From: Candidatus Sericytochromatia bacterium
GTDB taxonomy: Bacteria > Cyanobacteriota > Sericytochromatia > S15B-MN24 > JAQBPE01
Direction: 5' to 3'
Assembly: GCA_035285125.1 (NCBI GenBank)
Contig: JAYKHR010000165.1
Coordinates: 32,001-96,000 of the forward strand
DNA: 64,000 bases
The position numbers were made by a program, and so were the translations under genes. This document shows positions 29,542 to 39,173 of this stretch, piece by piece (positions within the stretch are counted from its first letter, which is position 1; every line of letters begins with the position of its first letter). The notes beneath the pieces are model-generated. The model did no database searches and had not been told where the DNA came from. It saw nothing but the letters and a program-made list of their open reading frames with translations.

Positions 29542-31545
29542 TCAGCCTCCCGGCGGCACCTTGATGCCGTTGACTTCGGCCAGGCCGAGGCCGCAGAACA
29601 CCTCGGCCATCCGCCTGGGGTCGCTACGCAGCGTGCCGATGGTGGCGGCGACCACCCCCTCGTCGAGCTGCGCGAGGTTCGCCTCGAACATCTTGTGAAG
29701 GTCGCCCCCGCCAAGCAGCGGCACCTTGTCGTAGGCGATGAGGTCATCGAGGGCCTCGGCGAAGGCCGCCACGCTCCGATGCATCGCCGGGTCTTCCACG
29801 GCCCTGCGCAACACCGTGGGCAAGCTGCGCATCATCGGGGCCAGGGCTGCCCCGGGGTCTTGCTGCAGCGCCTTGCGGAAGAAGGCGTCGTCGAGCAGCC
29901 GGCGGCCAAAGCGCCTGACGGCCTCGACCTCGATCGCCCGGTACCCCGTCGCCGCCGCGGACGCGTAGCTCAAGCCACCCCGCTGCATCTGCGCCACGGT
30001 GTCGGCGCGGCGAGCCTCGTCCCCGAGCTGGGCCTGCTCAGCCGGTGAGAGCCGCTCCCAGACGCCAGCCAGGGCCTTCGCAGGCTCCTTCACGAACTGC
30101 TGAGCAAAGCCCTGGTCGCCGGCCGCAACCTTCTGCTGAAGGGTCAGGAAGGCCTGGCGGAGGGGCGGCACCAGCCGGCCGCTCTTGCGGGCGCTCTGGA
30201 GTTCCTTGCCCGCCTGGGCACCCAGCACCTGGGCGTCGGCCTGGATGCCGTTGGTGCGCGCGATGCGCTCGAAGCTCTCCTGGGAGAGGCCGCTCGCAGC
30301 CATTGCCGTCGCGACGGCCTTGGGGTCGTGGCCCCCCGCAGCCAGGAGGCCCGGCACCTCTCCCGGGGGATACCGCCGGGACTGCGAGTTGAGGTAGAGG
30401 AATTTGTCTGGCGCCTTGCGCAGCAGCAACTCCGGCTCGGTGTAAAAGGCCCGGAAGCTCTCTGCGAAGTCCTCCAGAGGGTTCACCATGCTGTACCCGA
30501 GGGTCTTGACGCCGAAAATCTCCTCGATGGCCTGGCTCAAGTTCTGCTTGACCCGAAGGGTCTGCTCGAACTCCTTACGCAGCGCGGGGTCCCTGATTTC
30601 TCCCAGCACCTTGGCGACGGCGGCGGGCGTGAGGTCTTCCGTGAAGCTCTCGTAGACGAAGTTGTCCGTGCGCGCGGGGCGCACCCCGGGGTCCAGGGCC
30701 CGCACCTGCCCCTGGTCGTCGAGGCCGAACGCCTCCGTGCCTCGCGCATCCTGCCAGCCCGAGAGCTTGGCCCACTCGCGCATGCCGGCAAGGTCCGTGG
30801 CCGGGCCGAACTGCACCTGATGGCCAACCTCGTGGACCAGCACCTCCTTCATGCGGGTGGCCTGGGCATCGCCGATCTCGATGACGCGGCTCCGGTACTC
30901 CGCCAGCGCGTGGGGGAACCAGGCCCTGAGCATGAGCCCCAGCGGCGCCAGCAGGGCGACGCGCTCGAAGAGCTCGGCCATCTGGTAGCCCACCTTGCCC
31001 AGCACGCCACGGCCACGTTCAACCGCCACGACGGCCGCACCGTCAGTCTCCCGGGTCTGGTGGCCGGCATCGAAGGTCGAGTGGGGCACGCGGCGGAACG
31101 TCACGCCTTCCAGGCGAGACCTGTCGGCCGGCGTGAGGGCGTGGAGCACCTCGAAGGCGATGGCGGCATCGGCCACCCGGAAGAGTTGCGGAGGGTCGAA
31201 CGTGGCCCCCTGGCCAGGCACAAGGCTGGCGGCACGCCCCAGCAGCCGCCCGGACAGGGCAAGCTTGGCGGCCTCCGGGTTCGCGGGCAGGTCGGCGACG
31301 ATTTCCCGCAAGACCTCGGGGGGCAGGGCCCGAAGCGCCTCCTGGTCCCTGGCGGCAAGCTTGGCGATGACGGGGGGAAGCTCTGGCAGAGGCGCCCTGC
31401 GGCCGGCACTCAAGGTCACATGGTCGGTGGCCCCAGCCTCCAACGCAGCCGAGAGGGCGTCCGGGCGGATGGGGCCTGTGGCCCGCTGACGGGCCAACTG
31501 GCCGGTGCCAGGCGCCGGGTTGGGCAGCTGTGGGAACTGAGTCAT
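29542..31545 (-). CDS. Zinc metallopeptidase-like protein with C-terminal NHLP-leader-like repeats
   Basis: VHEVGH plus YSMVNPLEDFAESF; 'RRLLDDAFFRKALQQDPGAAL' and 'GDQGFAQQFVKEPAKAL'; GGAGGTG RBS before ATG 31545. Confidence 0.7.
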   Translation of the reverse strand: MTQFPQLPNPAPGTGQLARQRATGPIRPDALSAALEAGATDHVTLSAGRRAPLPELPPVIAKLAARDQEALRALPPEVLREIVADLPANPEAAKLALSGRLLGRAASLVPGQGATFDPPQLFRVADAAIAFEVLHALTPADRSRLEGVTFRRVPHSTFDAGHQTRETDGAAVVAVERGRGVLGKVGYQMAELFERVALLAPLGLMLRAWFPHALAEYRSRVIEIGDAQATRMKEVLVHEVGHQVQFGPATDLAGMREWAKLSGWQDARGTEAFGLDDQGQVRALDPGVRPARTDNFVYESFTEDLTPAAVAKVLGEIRDPALRKEFEQTLRVKQNLSQAIEEIFGVKTLGYSMVNPLEDFAESFRAFYTEPELLLRKAPDKFLYLNSQSRRYPPGEVPGLLAAGGHDPKAVATAMAASGLSQESFERIARTNGIQADAQVLGAQAGKELQSARKSGRLVPPLRQAFLTLQQKVAAGDQGFAQQFVKEPAKALAGVWERLSPAEQAQLGDEARRADTVAQMQRGGLSYASAAATGYRAIEVEAVRRFGRRLLDDAFFRKALQQDPGAALAPMMRSLPTVLRRAVEDPAMHRSVAAFAEALDDLIAYDKVPLLGGGDLHKMFEANLAQLDEGVVAATIGTLRSDPRRMAEVFCGLGLAEVNGIKVPPGG

Positions 31546-31685
31546 GGACACCTCCCGGCCACGGAACGTGGCCTCGGGCGGCAGGCCGCCGCCACCCCGG
31601 CTATCGTCCCTGTGGCCCCAGCCGCTTGCTGCGCTCAACACGTCTTTCAGAGCGCAGAACAAGCTTGAACCCAGGGCTGGCTGTG

Positions 31686-32888
31686 TTATACCCGGCCCCG
31701 AGGCTGGACCAGGCGACGCGTGACCAGCAGGTCCCAGAGGCGCTCCCCGATGGCGGCCTTGGGCATCACCGGCCAGTCCGCCACCACCCCCTCGGGGCCC
31801 ACCACGACCACCCTGTTCGACTCACTGTCGAACCCCACGCCCGCCTCGCTCACGTCGTTGCCGACCACGAGGTCCGCTCTCTTCCGGGCCAGCTTCTCGC
31901 ACGCGGCCGGCACGGGATCTCCCGTCTCCGCCGCAAACCCGATGAGGACCTGGTGACGCTTCCGCGCCCCGAGCCCGGCCAGGATGTCCGGGTTCGGCAC
32001 GAGCCGGAGGTCCCAGCCGTCGCCATCCTTCTTTCGCTTGCCCGGGTGCACGTCCGAAGGCCTGTAGTCGGCCACGGCCGCCGCCATCACGACGACGTCC
32101 ACCTCGTCGAAATGGGCATCGATGGCGGCCTTCATCTCCAAGGCGGTCTCCACGGGCACCACCTCCACGTCGGCGGGCGCACGTCCTGGGGCCGTCGTCA
32201 CGAGGGTGACGTGGGCCCCCCGGGCCCGGGCCGCGGCGGCGACGGCGTGGCCCATTTTGCCGCTGGAGCGGTTGCCGAGGTAACGCACCGGATCGAGGGG
32301 CTCGCGCGTGCCGCCGGCACTCACCAGCACCCGCAGGCCCGCGAGGCTGGACCGGCCCAGCACGAAGGCCTCGAGCCAGGCGGCCAGGTCCGGCGGCTCC
32401 GGGAGGCGGCCAGGCCCCACGTCGCCGCAGGCCATCTCGCCCGCTGCTGGCGGAATGACCCGCACGCCCCTGCGCTCGAGCAGCGCCACGTTGGCTTGCG
32501 TGGCGGGATGAAGCCACATCCGCGGGTTCATGGCGGGGGCCACCACAAGGGGCGCTTCCAAAGCCAGCGCCGTCGAGGTGAGCACATCGTCCGCGAGGCC
32601 CGCCGCCAGCCGGGCCAGGGTGTGCGCGGTGGCGGGCGCGACCAGGAACACGTCGATGCCCTTGCCGAGCTCGATGTGCTCGATGGCCCCCTCGGTCCCC
32701 TCCACCCACATGGACGTGTGGACGGGGCGCCGGGTCACGGCAGCGAAGGTCCGGGGCGCGACGAAGCGGGTGGCCGCCTCCGTCATGATCACGTGGACCT
32801 CCCACCCCTGCTTGCGAAGGCGGGAGGCGAGGTCCACGGTCTTGTAGGCGGCGATGCCCCCCGTGACGCCGAGCAGCAGCGTGGGCAC
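31686..32888 (-). CDS. coaBC: Phosphopantothenoylcysteine decarboxylase/ligase
   Basis: GVTGGIAAYK, APAMN..MW, ACGD.G.GR, T.E.LDPVRY..N.SSGKMG, AAVADY. Confidence 0.96.
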   Translation of the reverse strand: MPTLLLGVTGGIAAYKTVDLASRLRKQGWEVHVIMTEAATRFVAPRTFAAVTRRPVHTSMWVEGTEGAIEHIELGKGIDVFLVAPATAHTLARLAAGLADDVLTSTALALEAPLVVAPAMNPRMWLHPATQANVALLERRGVRVIPPAAGEMACGDVGPGRLPEPPDLAAWLEAFVLGRSSLAGLRVLVSAGGTREPLDPVRYLGNRSSGKMGHAVAAAARARGAHVTLVTTAPGRAPADVEVVPVETALEMKAAIDAHFDEVDVVVMAAAVADYRPSDVHPGKRKKDGDGWDLRLVPNPDILAGLGARKRHQVLIGFAAETGDPVPAACEKLARKRADLVVGNDVSEAGVGFDSESNRVVVVGPEGVVADWPVMPKAAIGERLWDLLVTRRLVQPRGRV

Positions 32889-32907
32889 GCGGCGACGCCT
32901 GGCGAGG

Positions 32908-33114
32908 CTAGATGGCCGCGGCTTCCTCCTCCTCGCGGAGGTGGTCGGCGAGCTCGCGCAGAGCCAGCTTGATGGGCTTGCTGGCCTCGGGGGTGGAGGC
33001 CATCATCGGGTCGTCCTTGATGGTCTTGGCGCGACGCGCGACCGTGAGCACAAGCTGGTACTTGTTCTCGGTGTTGTTCAGGAGTTCCTGGGCCTTGTCT
33101 TGCATGCCGGACAT
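32908..33114 (-). CDS. rpoZ: RNA polymerase omega subunit
   Basis: 'NKYQLVLTVARRA','KPIKLALREL'; lies between gmk and coaBC. Confidence 0.92.
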   Translation of the reverse strand: MSGMQDKAQELLNNTENKYQLVLTVARRAKTIKDDPMMASTPEASKPIKLALRELADHLREEEEAAAI

Positions 33115-33147
33115 CGGGCGTCCTTCCTTCGGGTTGCGAAGCGGGGG

Positions 33148-33789
33148 TCAGGTGAGGGCGAGGCGAGAAACGCGACAGCGCTCCGCCTCCAGGATGGCCT
33201 GGAGCTGCCGGGTGGCAACCTCCAGGTCGTCGTTGACGATTTGGTAGTCGTACATCGGAAGGAACGTGAGCTCCTCCCGGGCAATTTCCAGGCGCTGGCG
33301 CACGACCTCGGGGGTCTCGGACTGGCGTCCCTGCAACCGCGCCGCAAGCTCCTCGAAGGAGGGCGGCAGCACGAACACCAGCACGACGGACTCGCTGCGC
33401 TCGCGGACCTGGATGGCGCCCTTGACGTCGATCTCCAGGATGACGTCGTGCCCGGCGGCCTGCTGTGCCTCCACCCACTCGCGGGGCGTGCCGTAGTGGT
33501 GCGCCCCGAACTGCGCGTGCTCGAGGAGGGCACCCGCCCGGGCCAACGCGTCGAAGGCCTCGCGCGTCTTGAAGTGGTAGCTGACGCCCTCCTGCTCTCC
33601 GGGCCGCGGCGACCTGGTGGTCACGGAGACAGACAGGCGCACGTCGCCGTCCCGGGCGACCAGCCCCCGCACCAGGGTGCCCTTGCCGACCCCCGAAGGG
33701 CCCGAGACGATGAACAGCGTGCCACGGCGTTGGGCCGAGGGCAGGCCCCCAGCGGGGCTCACGGACACTGGTGCAGTTTCCACGGCCAC
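33148..33789 (-). CDS. gmk: Guanylate kinase
   Basis: SGPSGVGKGT, SVTTRSPRPGE, YGTP, LEIDVKGA. Confidence 0.96.
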   Translation of the reverse strand: MAVETAPVSVSPAGGLPSAQRRGTLFIVSGPSGVGKGTLVRGLVARDGDVRLSVSVTTRSPRPGEQEGVSYHFKTREAFDALARAGALLEHAQFGAHHYGTPREWVEAQQAAGHDVILEIDVKGAIQVRERSESVVLVFVLPPSFEELAARLQGRQSETPEVVRQRLEIAREELTFLPMYDYQIVNDDLEVATRQLQAILEAERCRVSRLALT

Positions 33790-33792
33790 CCC

Positions 33793-34071
33793 TCAGTCCT
33801 CGTCGCCTGCCGAGCGGGGATCTTCGCCCCGCGGCACCACGAAACGGTTTGCCACCGTCTCCGGCTGAATGGCCGACAGCACCACGTGGCCACTGTCGGT
33901 GATGATGACGGCGCGCGTGCGACGCCCGTAGGTGGCATCCACCAGCTTCCCGCTGTCCCGGGCGTCTTGCACGATGCGTTTGATGGGGGCGGACTCCGGG
34001 CTCACGATGGCGATGACGCGCTGGGCGGAGACCATGTTGCCGAAGCCGATGTTGATGAGCTTTAGTTCCAC
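33793..34071 (-). CDS. remA: RemA/DUF370 family regulator
   Basis: '[26 protein letters not shown]','[25 protein letters not shown]'. Confidence 0.93.
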   Translation of the reverse strand: MELKLINIGFGNMVSAQRVIAIVSPESAPIKRIVQDARDSGKLVDATYGRRTRAVIITDSGHVVLSAIQPETVANRFVVPRGEDPRSAGDED

Positions 34072-34186
34072 GGCCGGTCGAAAAGGTGGGAGTCGGCGCC
34101 ACTCCGGGCAGGTCCCGGAAGTTCGCCATTGTACCACCGGCGTCGGGGCGCCACAACTCGCGGCGGCCCTGCCCGCCCCGGGCGCC

Positions 34187-34651
34187 TCAGCGCCAGAGCG
34201 GCATGAAGAACTTGGCGAGGGCCGCGAGCGCCGGGGGCCGCTGGGCCGCGTCCGGCGCCGGGGGAGCGACGCGGGCGGTCGGCTGCGCCAAGGCAACGCG
34301 CGTCTCCGTGACCACCGCGGTGCCAACGGCCTTGACGGGAATCTCCTCGGCCATCACGAAGCCCAGTTGCTCGCGGGCGAGCCGCTCCACCCCGGCGTTG
34401 GTCTTGGCCGCGGCAATCTCGGTGCGCAGCTCGTGGTGCAAGGCCGCCACGTCGGACTTCTCCTGCTCAAGCAGGCTGGCCCGCTGGAGCAAGTTGAGCT
34501 CCTGATACCCCAGCCGGAAGACCTGAGTCCCCATCCAGAGCACGGCAAGGCAGAAGCCAATGGTGTGGTGTAGCGCGGGCGAGTTGTTCTTGACCACCGG
34601 TGGTTGACCCATCTGGGAATCGAGGCGCCGGCGCGACCTCCGTCTGACCAT
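34187..34651 (-). CDS. Septum formation initiator (FtsB/DivIC-like)
   Basis: Single TM, coiled coil, '[14 protein letters not shown]'. Confidence 0.75.
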   Translation of the reverse strand: MVRRRSRRRLDSQMGQPPVVKNNSPALHHTIGFCLAVLWMGTQVFRLGYQELNLLQRASLLEQEKSDVAALHHELRTEIAAAKTNAGVERLAREQLGFVMAEEIPVKAVGTAVVTETRVALAQPTARVAPPAPDAAQRPPALAALAKFFMPLWR

Positions 34652-34939
34652 GGACCGAACTCCTGTCAGTGGGGCGATTTCCCACCCGGAGGCGGGATTA
34701 CGTTAACCGTCGGTGGATCCCCCGTCAAGCCTGAACGCCCGGTGTTTACAACTCTTAACAGGGGCTCGAGCCAGGCTGTGTCCGAGGGGTGCAAGACGCG
34801 TCCAAAGGCCGTCGGGTGTATACTGACAAGGATCGCCGATGCTCGGGCGCTGAATCTGTGCGTTGCAACACACTCCGCGCACGACCCAGCCTTTCCGCAG
34901 GCGCTCACCGCCCAGTTCCCCGACCAGAGAGGCCTCACC

Positions 34940-36184
34940 GTGGACCCTGTCACCGCCACCACCCCAACAGCCCCAGGGGACACGGGCGAGGCGGTCGCCA
35001 AGGTCACCCTTCGCAAGGGCCGCGAAGAGCGCGTTCGCCTCGGACACCCCTGGGTGTTCGCGGGCGAGGTGTACCAGCTGCCGCCGGCCGAAGCGGACGG
35101 CCTGCCGGTGGCGGTCGAGGATGCGCGCGGCCGGCTGATGGGCGTGGGGCTGGCCAACACCCGTTCGAACATCCTCGTGCGCCTGCTGAGCCGCCAGCGG
35201 GAGCCTCTCGACCGCGCCTTCTTCGAGCGTCGGATCGAGGAAGCCATTGCCTTGCGGACGCGCTTCGGTCGCCTCTCCCCTGGCCCAGACGCCGCCTGGC
35301 GGGTCATCCACGGCGAGGCCGACGGCCTGCCTGGCCTCATCGTCGACCGCTACGGGGCCTGGCTGGTGGTTCAGGCCCTTTCGCTCGGCATGGCCCAGCG
35401 GCTGCCGATGATTGTCGAGCTGCTTCAGGCCGCGCTGAAGCCCCGTGGCATCTACGAGCGGAGCGACGTGCCCGTTCGCACTTTGGAGGGGCTCGTGCCC
35501 ACCTCAGGGGTGCTGGCCGGGGAAGCACCGCCCGAGGACCTCGTCATCGAGGAGCACGGGATGCGCCTGCGGGTCGACCTCGTGGGGGGGCAGAAGACGG
35601 GCTTCTTCCTCGATCAACGCCTCAACCGGGCCCACGTTCGCCACCTCTCGTCAGGCCTGGGGCGCGTGCTGAACACCTTCTGCTACTCCGGGGGCTTCAG
35701 CGTGGCCGCTGCCCTAGGTGGGGCAGAGCGGGTCGTGAGCGTGGACATCTCCGCGGACGCCATCGCCCTCGCCGAGCAGAACGCGGCGCTGAACGAGGTC
35801 TCCGGGCGGTGCGAGTTCCACACCGCCAACGCCTTCGACGCCCTGCGGGAGTACGAACGGGCCGGCGAGCGCTTCGATATGGTCATTCTCGACCCACCGG
35901 CCTTCACGAAGAACAAGGACTCCATCCCAGGGGCCGTGCGCGGCTACAAAGAAATCAACCTCCGGGCGATGCGGCTGCTCGAGCCGGGCGGCCTGCTGGT
36001 CACCAGCTCGTGCTCCCACCACATCAGCCCGGCGCTGTTCTCCTCCATCGTGGCCGACGCAGCGGCAGACACCCGCAAGCGGCTGCGCCAGATCGCCTTG
36101 AGGGGCCCCAGCCCCGACCACCCGGTCCTGCCAGTGGCGCCCGAGACCGACTACCTCAAGTACCTCGTGGCTGAGGTCAGGTAA
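34940..36184 (+). CDS. rlmI: RlmI/RlmK-like class I SAM-dependent rRNA methyltransferase
   Basis: PUA 'GHPWVF', 'GEADGLPGLIVDRY', 'GQKTGFFLDQR', 'FCYSGGF', 'LDPPAF', 'SCS', 'PDHP..PET.YLK'. Confidence 0.92.
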   Translation: MDPVTATTPTAPGDTGEAVAKVTLRKGREERVRLGHPWVFAGEVYQLPPAEADGLPVAVEDARGRLMGVGLANTRSNILVRLLSRQREPLDRAFFERRIEEAIALRTRFGRLSPGPDAAWRVIHGEADGLPGLIVDRYGAWLVVQALSLGMAQRLPMIVELLQAALKPRGIYERSDVPVRTLEGLVPTSGVLAGEAPPEDLVIEEHGMRLRVDLVGGQKTGFFLDQRLNRAHVRHLSSGLGRVLNTFCYSGGFSVAAALGGAERVVSVDISADAIALAEQNAALNEVSGRCEFHTANAFDALREYERAGERFDMVILDPPAFTKNKDSIPGAVRGYKEINLRAMRLLEPGGLLVTSSCSHHISPALFSSIVADAAADTRKRLRQIALRGPSPDHPVLPVAPETDYLKYLVAEVR

Positions 36185-36194
36185 GCCTCGCGGC

Positions 36195-36587
36195 TCAGCG
36201 GCCGGGACGCTTGAAGGCCGCCGGTGGCGCAGCGGTGGCGCCGCCTGCATTGCGGACCATGATGCTGACGTTGAGCAACTCGACGTCGCCCTGGCCGGGG
36301 TTGCCGAGCGCCTTGAGGTTGTGGACGGCGTTGGGCACGCCCCGGGTGTCGAAAGTGAGCGGAAACTTGGGGCCTTCGGTGGACGTGCCGATGGGCGTCT
36401 CGTTCAGGAAGTACTGCACGGCCGTGATGCCGGTCTGCTCGGGGGCGAGGTTGACCTCGAAGACCGTGCTGTTGGACACCAGCGAGCTGTCACCTGCCTT
36501 GTAGACGTCGAGGGAGTTCTGACCGCGCCCCTGACAGGCGGCAGCCAGGAGCACGAGCGCAGCGAGCAATCCCAGGGGCTTGCGCAT
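36195..36587 (-). CDS. Small lipoprotein with Ig-like (Big) domain
   Basis: LAAA-C lipobox; 'V.YFLN..IG....P.F...FDT....N..H.LKA'. Confidence 0.7.
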   Translation of the reverse strand: MRKPLGLLAALVLLAAACQGRGQNSLDVYKAGDSSLVSNSTVFEVNLAPEQTGITAVQYFLNETPIGTSTEGPKFPLTFDTRGVPNAVHNLKALGNPGQGDVELLNVSIMVRNAGGATAAPPAAFKRPGR

Positions 36588-36591
36588 GGGG

Positions 36592-38115
36592 TCAGAACCT
36601 CAGATCGACGCGGGCCACGGGGCCCGTCCGCGAAAAGTTATACCCGCCTGCACCCGTCGCCATCGAGGCGTCATAGCCCAGGTTGGCCTGCAGCGTGCCC
36701 ACCCGCCAGTAGAGCGCCGGCGTGCCCCAGAAGGCGAGGAGCGGGGCGACATCGGCGGGGACATCCAACGCGCCCAGCAAGAACCCGGCGCCACCCCGGA
36801 CCTCCAGCCCCACGGGGCCGAAAAGCGGCACGTCGACGCGGGTGAGCGCCACCGGCCCATGGAAGAGCTGCTGGGGCGCGGTGAGGACGGACATGGAGGC
36901 CGGGGGGGCCAGCGTGCCCGTCACGTTGTCGCCATTGAGGGCCACATTCTCGGTGTTCAGGAAGCGCAGCTGGTAGCCGCCGCCGACCACGGCCTCCATC
37001 TGCCAGGGCGTGAACCGCCAGCCGGCTCCCAGGGTGCCGACGTAGGTGTCACGGTCATGCCCCGTGCGGTCCTGGGTCTGCAAATCGGTGATGCGCATCC
37101 GGTGGTGGTCGACGCCGAACATGTAGATCACGTCGTCGGCGCGCGACTCCAGGCTCAGCCCCTCGATGCTCGCGTCAGCCGCATCGAACTTGTGCGCCGT
37201 CGACTCCTCTGACACCGACACCGGGTAGGCCCCGAGGAAGCTGAGGCGCGTGGTGGGCTCCGGCCCAGAGGCCGCAGGGGCAGGCGTGGGAGGCGCCGTC
37301 GGCAGGACCGTCGGCGCCGGCGTGGGCGTGGGAAGCGGGCGCGGGGTTGCAACCGGCGTGGGGGCGGGGGTCGGTGCGGGGGGCGGCACGGGGGCCGGGG
37401 GCGGCGATGGCGGCAGCGCCTGCGTCAGCTGCCGGGGCCTGCCCGAGATGGCGATCGAGAAGTTGACGTAGTCGTTGGTGGGATCGGCCGTGACGTTGAA
37501 CTCCGAGACGCCCTGCGAGGCAACCTCCACCGTGACGCGGTCGTTCTGGGCGTTCTTGGGCCGGGGCCCGACCGTGTACTTGAAATCGGTGTGGCCGAAG
37601 GTCTGCTGGAAGGTCCGCCTGAAGGCCGGGACGGGCCTGGCGACCACCGGCGGCGGGCTTGCCATCGGGCGAGGCCGCAGGGACGTGTAGCTTGGGCGGG
37701 GCTCCAAGCCGGCGTCAAGTTGGGGCGCCAGCACGAGCTGGCGGCGGGTCACGTCGTTGAGCACCAGCACCTGGGCCCCACGCTGGAACTGCAGCACCAG
37801 GCGGGTGACGCCCCGTCCCTTGGGCGCCATCGTCCACTTCACGAGGCCCTGGTGCACGGCGAGGGGCTGCGACACCAGCCGACGGTCCCGGGCCTCGGCG
37901 CGGAAGTCGAAGTAGACGCGCGGCGGCCCCTTCAACGTGTCCGACGTGAAGGTGGGAAACACCCCCGCATAGGGCACCACCAGGGCGCGCCTGGCCGCGT
38001 CCCAGCGCGGCGTGCCGAGCTCGGTCGCTGCAGCCCAGGCGGGCGCGGGCAGGACCAGGGCCGGAAGCGAGGTCACAGCTGCGAGCAGCGTGGTCCTGAC
38101 GGGTTGGAGGCGCAT
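36592..38115 (-). CDS. Exported protein: AMIN-like domain, Pro-rich stalk, C-terminal outer-membrane beta-barrel
   Basis: Signal AWA; 'L.GPPRVYFDF','TRLVLQF'; PTPAP repeats; alternating beta-strands ending ARVDLRF. Confidence 0.65.
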   Translation of the reverse strand: MRLQPVRTTLLAAVTSLPALVLPAPAWAAATELGTPRWDAARRALVVPYAGVFPTFTSDTLKGPPRVYFDFRAEARDRRLVSQPLAVHQGLVKWTMAPKGRGVTRLVLQFQRGAQVLVLNDVTRRQLVLAPQLDAGLEPRPSYTSLRPRPMASPPPVVARPVPAFRRTFQQTFGHTDFKYTVGPRPKNAQNDRVTVEVASQGVSEFNVTADPTNDYVNFSIAISGRPRQLTQALPPSPPPAPVPPPAPTPAPTPVATPRPLPTPTPAPTVLPTAPPTPAPAASGPEPTTRLSFLGAYPVSVSEESTAHKFDAADASIEGLSLESRADDVIYMFGVDHHRMRITDLQTQDRTGHDRDTYVGTLGAGWRFTPWQMEAVVGGGYQLRFLNTENVALNGDNVTGTLAPPASMSVLTAPQQLFHGPVALTRVDVPLFGPVGLEVRGGAGFLLGALDVPADVAPLLAFWGTPALYWRVGTLQANLGYDASMATGAGGYNFSRTGPVARVDLRF

Positions 38116-38283
38116 CGGGGAACCCCTGAGGGCTAGGTTTGGTCGGACTCACGACCTCCCGCCACCCGGCGCGCAGGCGCCGAAAAGCCAGGAAGCGAGA
38201 CACGGCCAAAATCCTAGCACCTCAGGGTGACAGAATCTGTGCCCGACGCACCAAGGACTCACATAACGCGTCGGCCCGAGGCG

Positions 38284-39082
38284 TCAGCGTGCCGAGGCGT
38301 CCTTCATCGGCACGAGCTCGAGCACAAAGACCCGCCCGTCCGTCACGTAGCCGTCGCCGCCACCGTTGTGCCCCTGATGGTCGGCAGGCAGCGACTGGAG
38401 GGCGTAGTGCCGGGCCACGTGCCCGGTGGAAAGGAGGTCCCGCGCCACGAGCTCGCGCTCCCGGTCCACGAATGGCGAGATCTGGTGGGTCGGCAGGGCG
38501 CCGGGCCCCCACTTGATGGCCACATCCTCGGTGGCGGCGATGACCCAGACGGGCCGCCCGAGTTGGTCCAGCAGCGGCGTGCGCCAAACGCGCAGGTGGT
38601 CCCGGGCCCGCGTGCCCTGGGCGTTCTTCTGGAACGCCAGGTCTTGTCGCCTGTTGTAGAGATACAGGTCGCTCATCGGCGAGGTGGGGTAGCTGCCCCC
38701 CAGGACGGCCGTGCGCGCCGTCTTCAGGGCAGTGCCGAGGGTCACGGGATCGGCGGGCAGCCAGCCTGCTGCGCCGAAGACGTGGCGGACGTGCCGCTCG
38801 CTGCCGCACAACGCCAGGTTGACGGGGTCTGCGAGGACGCCCGCCTTGGTGCGGGTGATGCGCGGCCAGTCGACCACGCGCACCGCCGGGGTGCCGAGCA
38901 TCCCGGCGAAGGGCTCGCCGACGCGGTAGCTGGCCGGCAGCCCCACGGCCTGGCGTGGCGTCGCGCCCCCCACTGCGGCAGGCGATGCCACCCGGCCACA
39001 GCCCGGGAGGGTCCCGAGGACCACCCCCACTGTCAGCCACGCAGCGGCCAGGCGCCCCAGGCGCCCCATTCCCCCAGACATC
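38284..39082 (-). CDS. LssY C-terminal domain lipoprotein
   Basis: LPG-C lipobox; 'DPVNLAL','AAGW..AD','YPTSPMSDLYL..R.QDLAFQ','RDHLRVW','TH.I.P.VD.ER','YVTDG'; start uncertain. Confidence 0.85.
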
Positions 39083-39173
39083 CCCATCCGACTCCCGAAC
39101 CCGGCCCGCCCCCTGCCTGACCGGCACTGAACCATCTCCAAGGTTCATGTTCCACTGAGGTTGGGCGGAAAAA

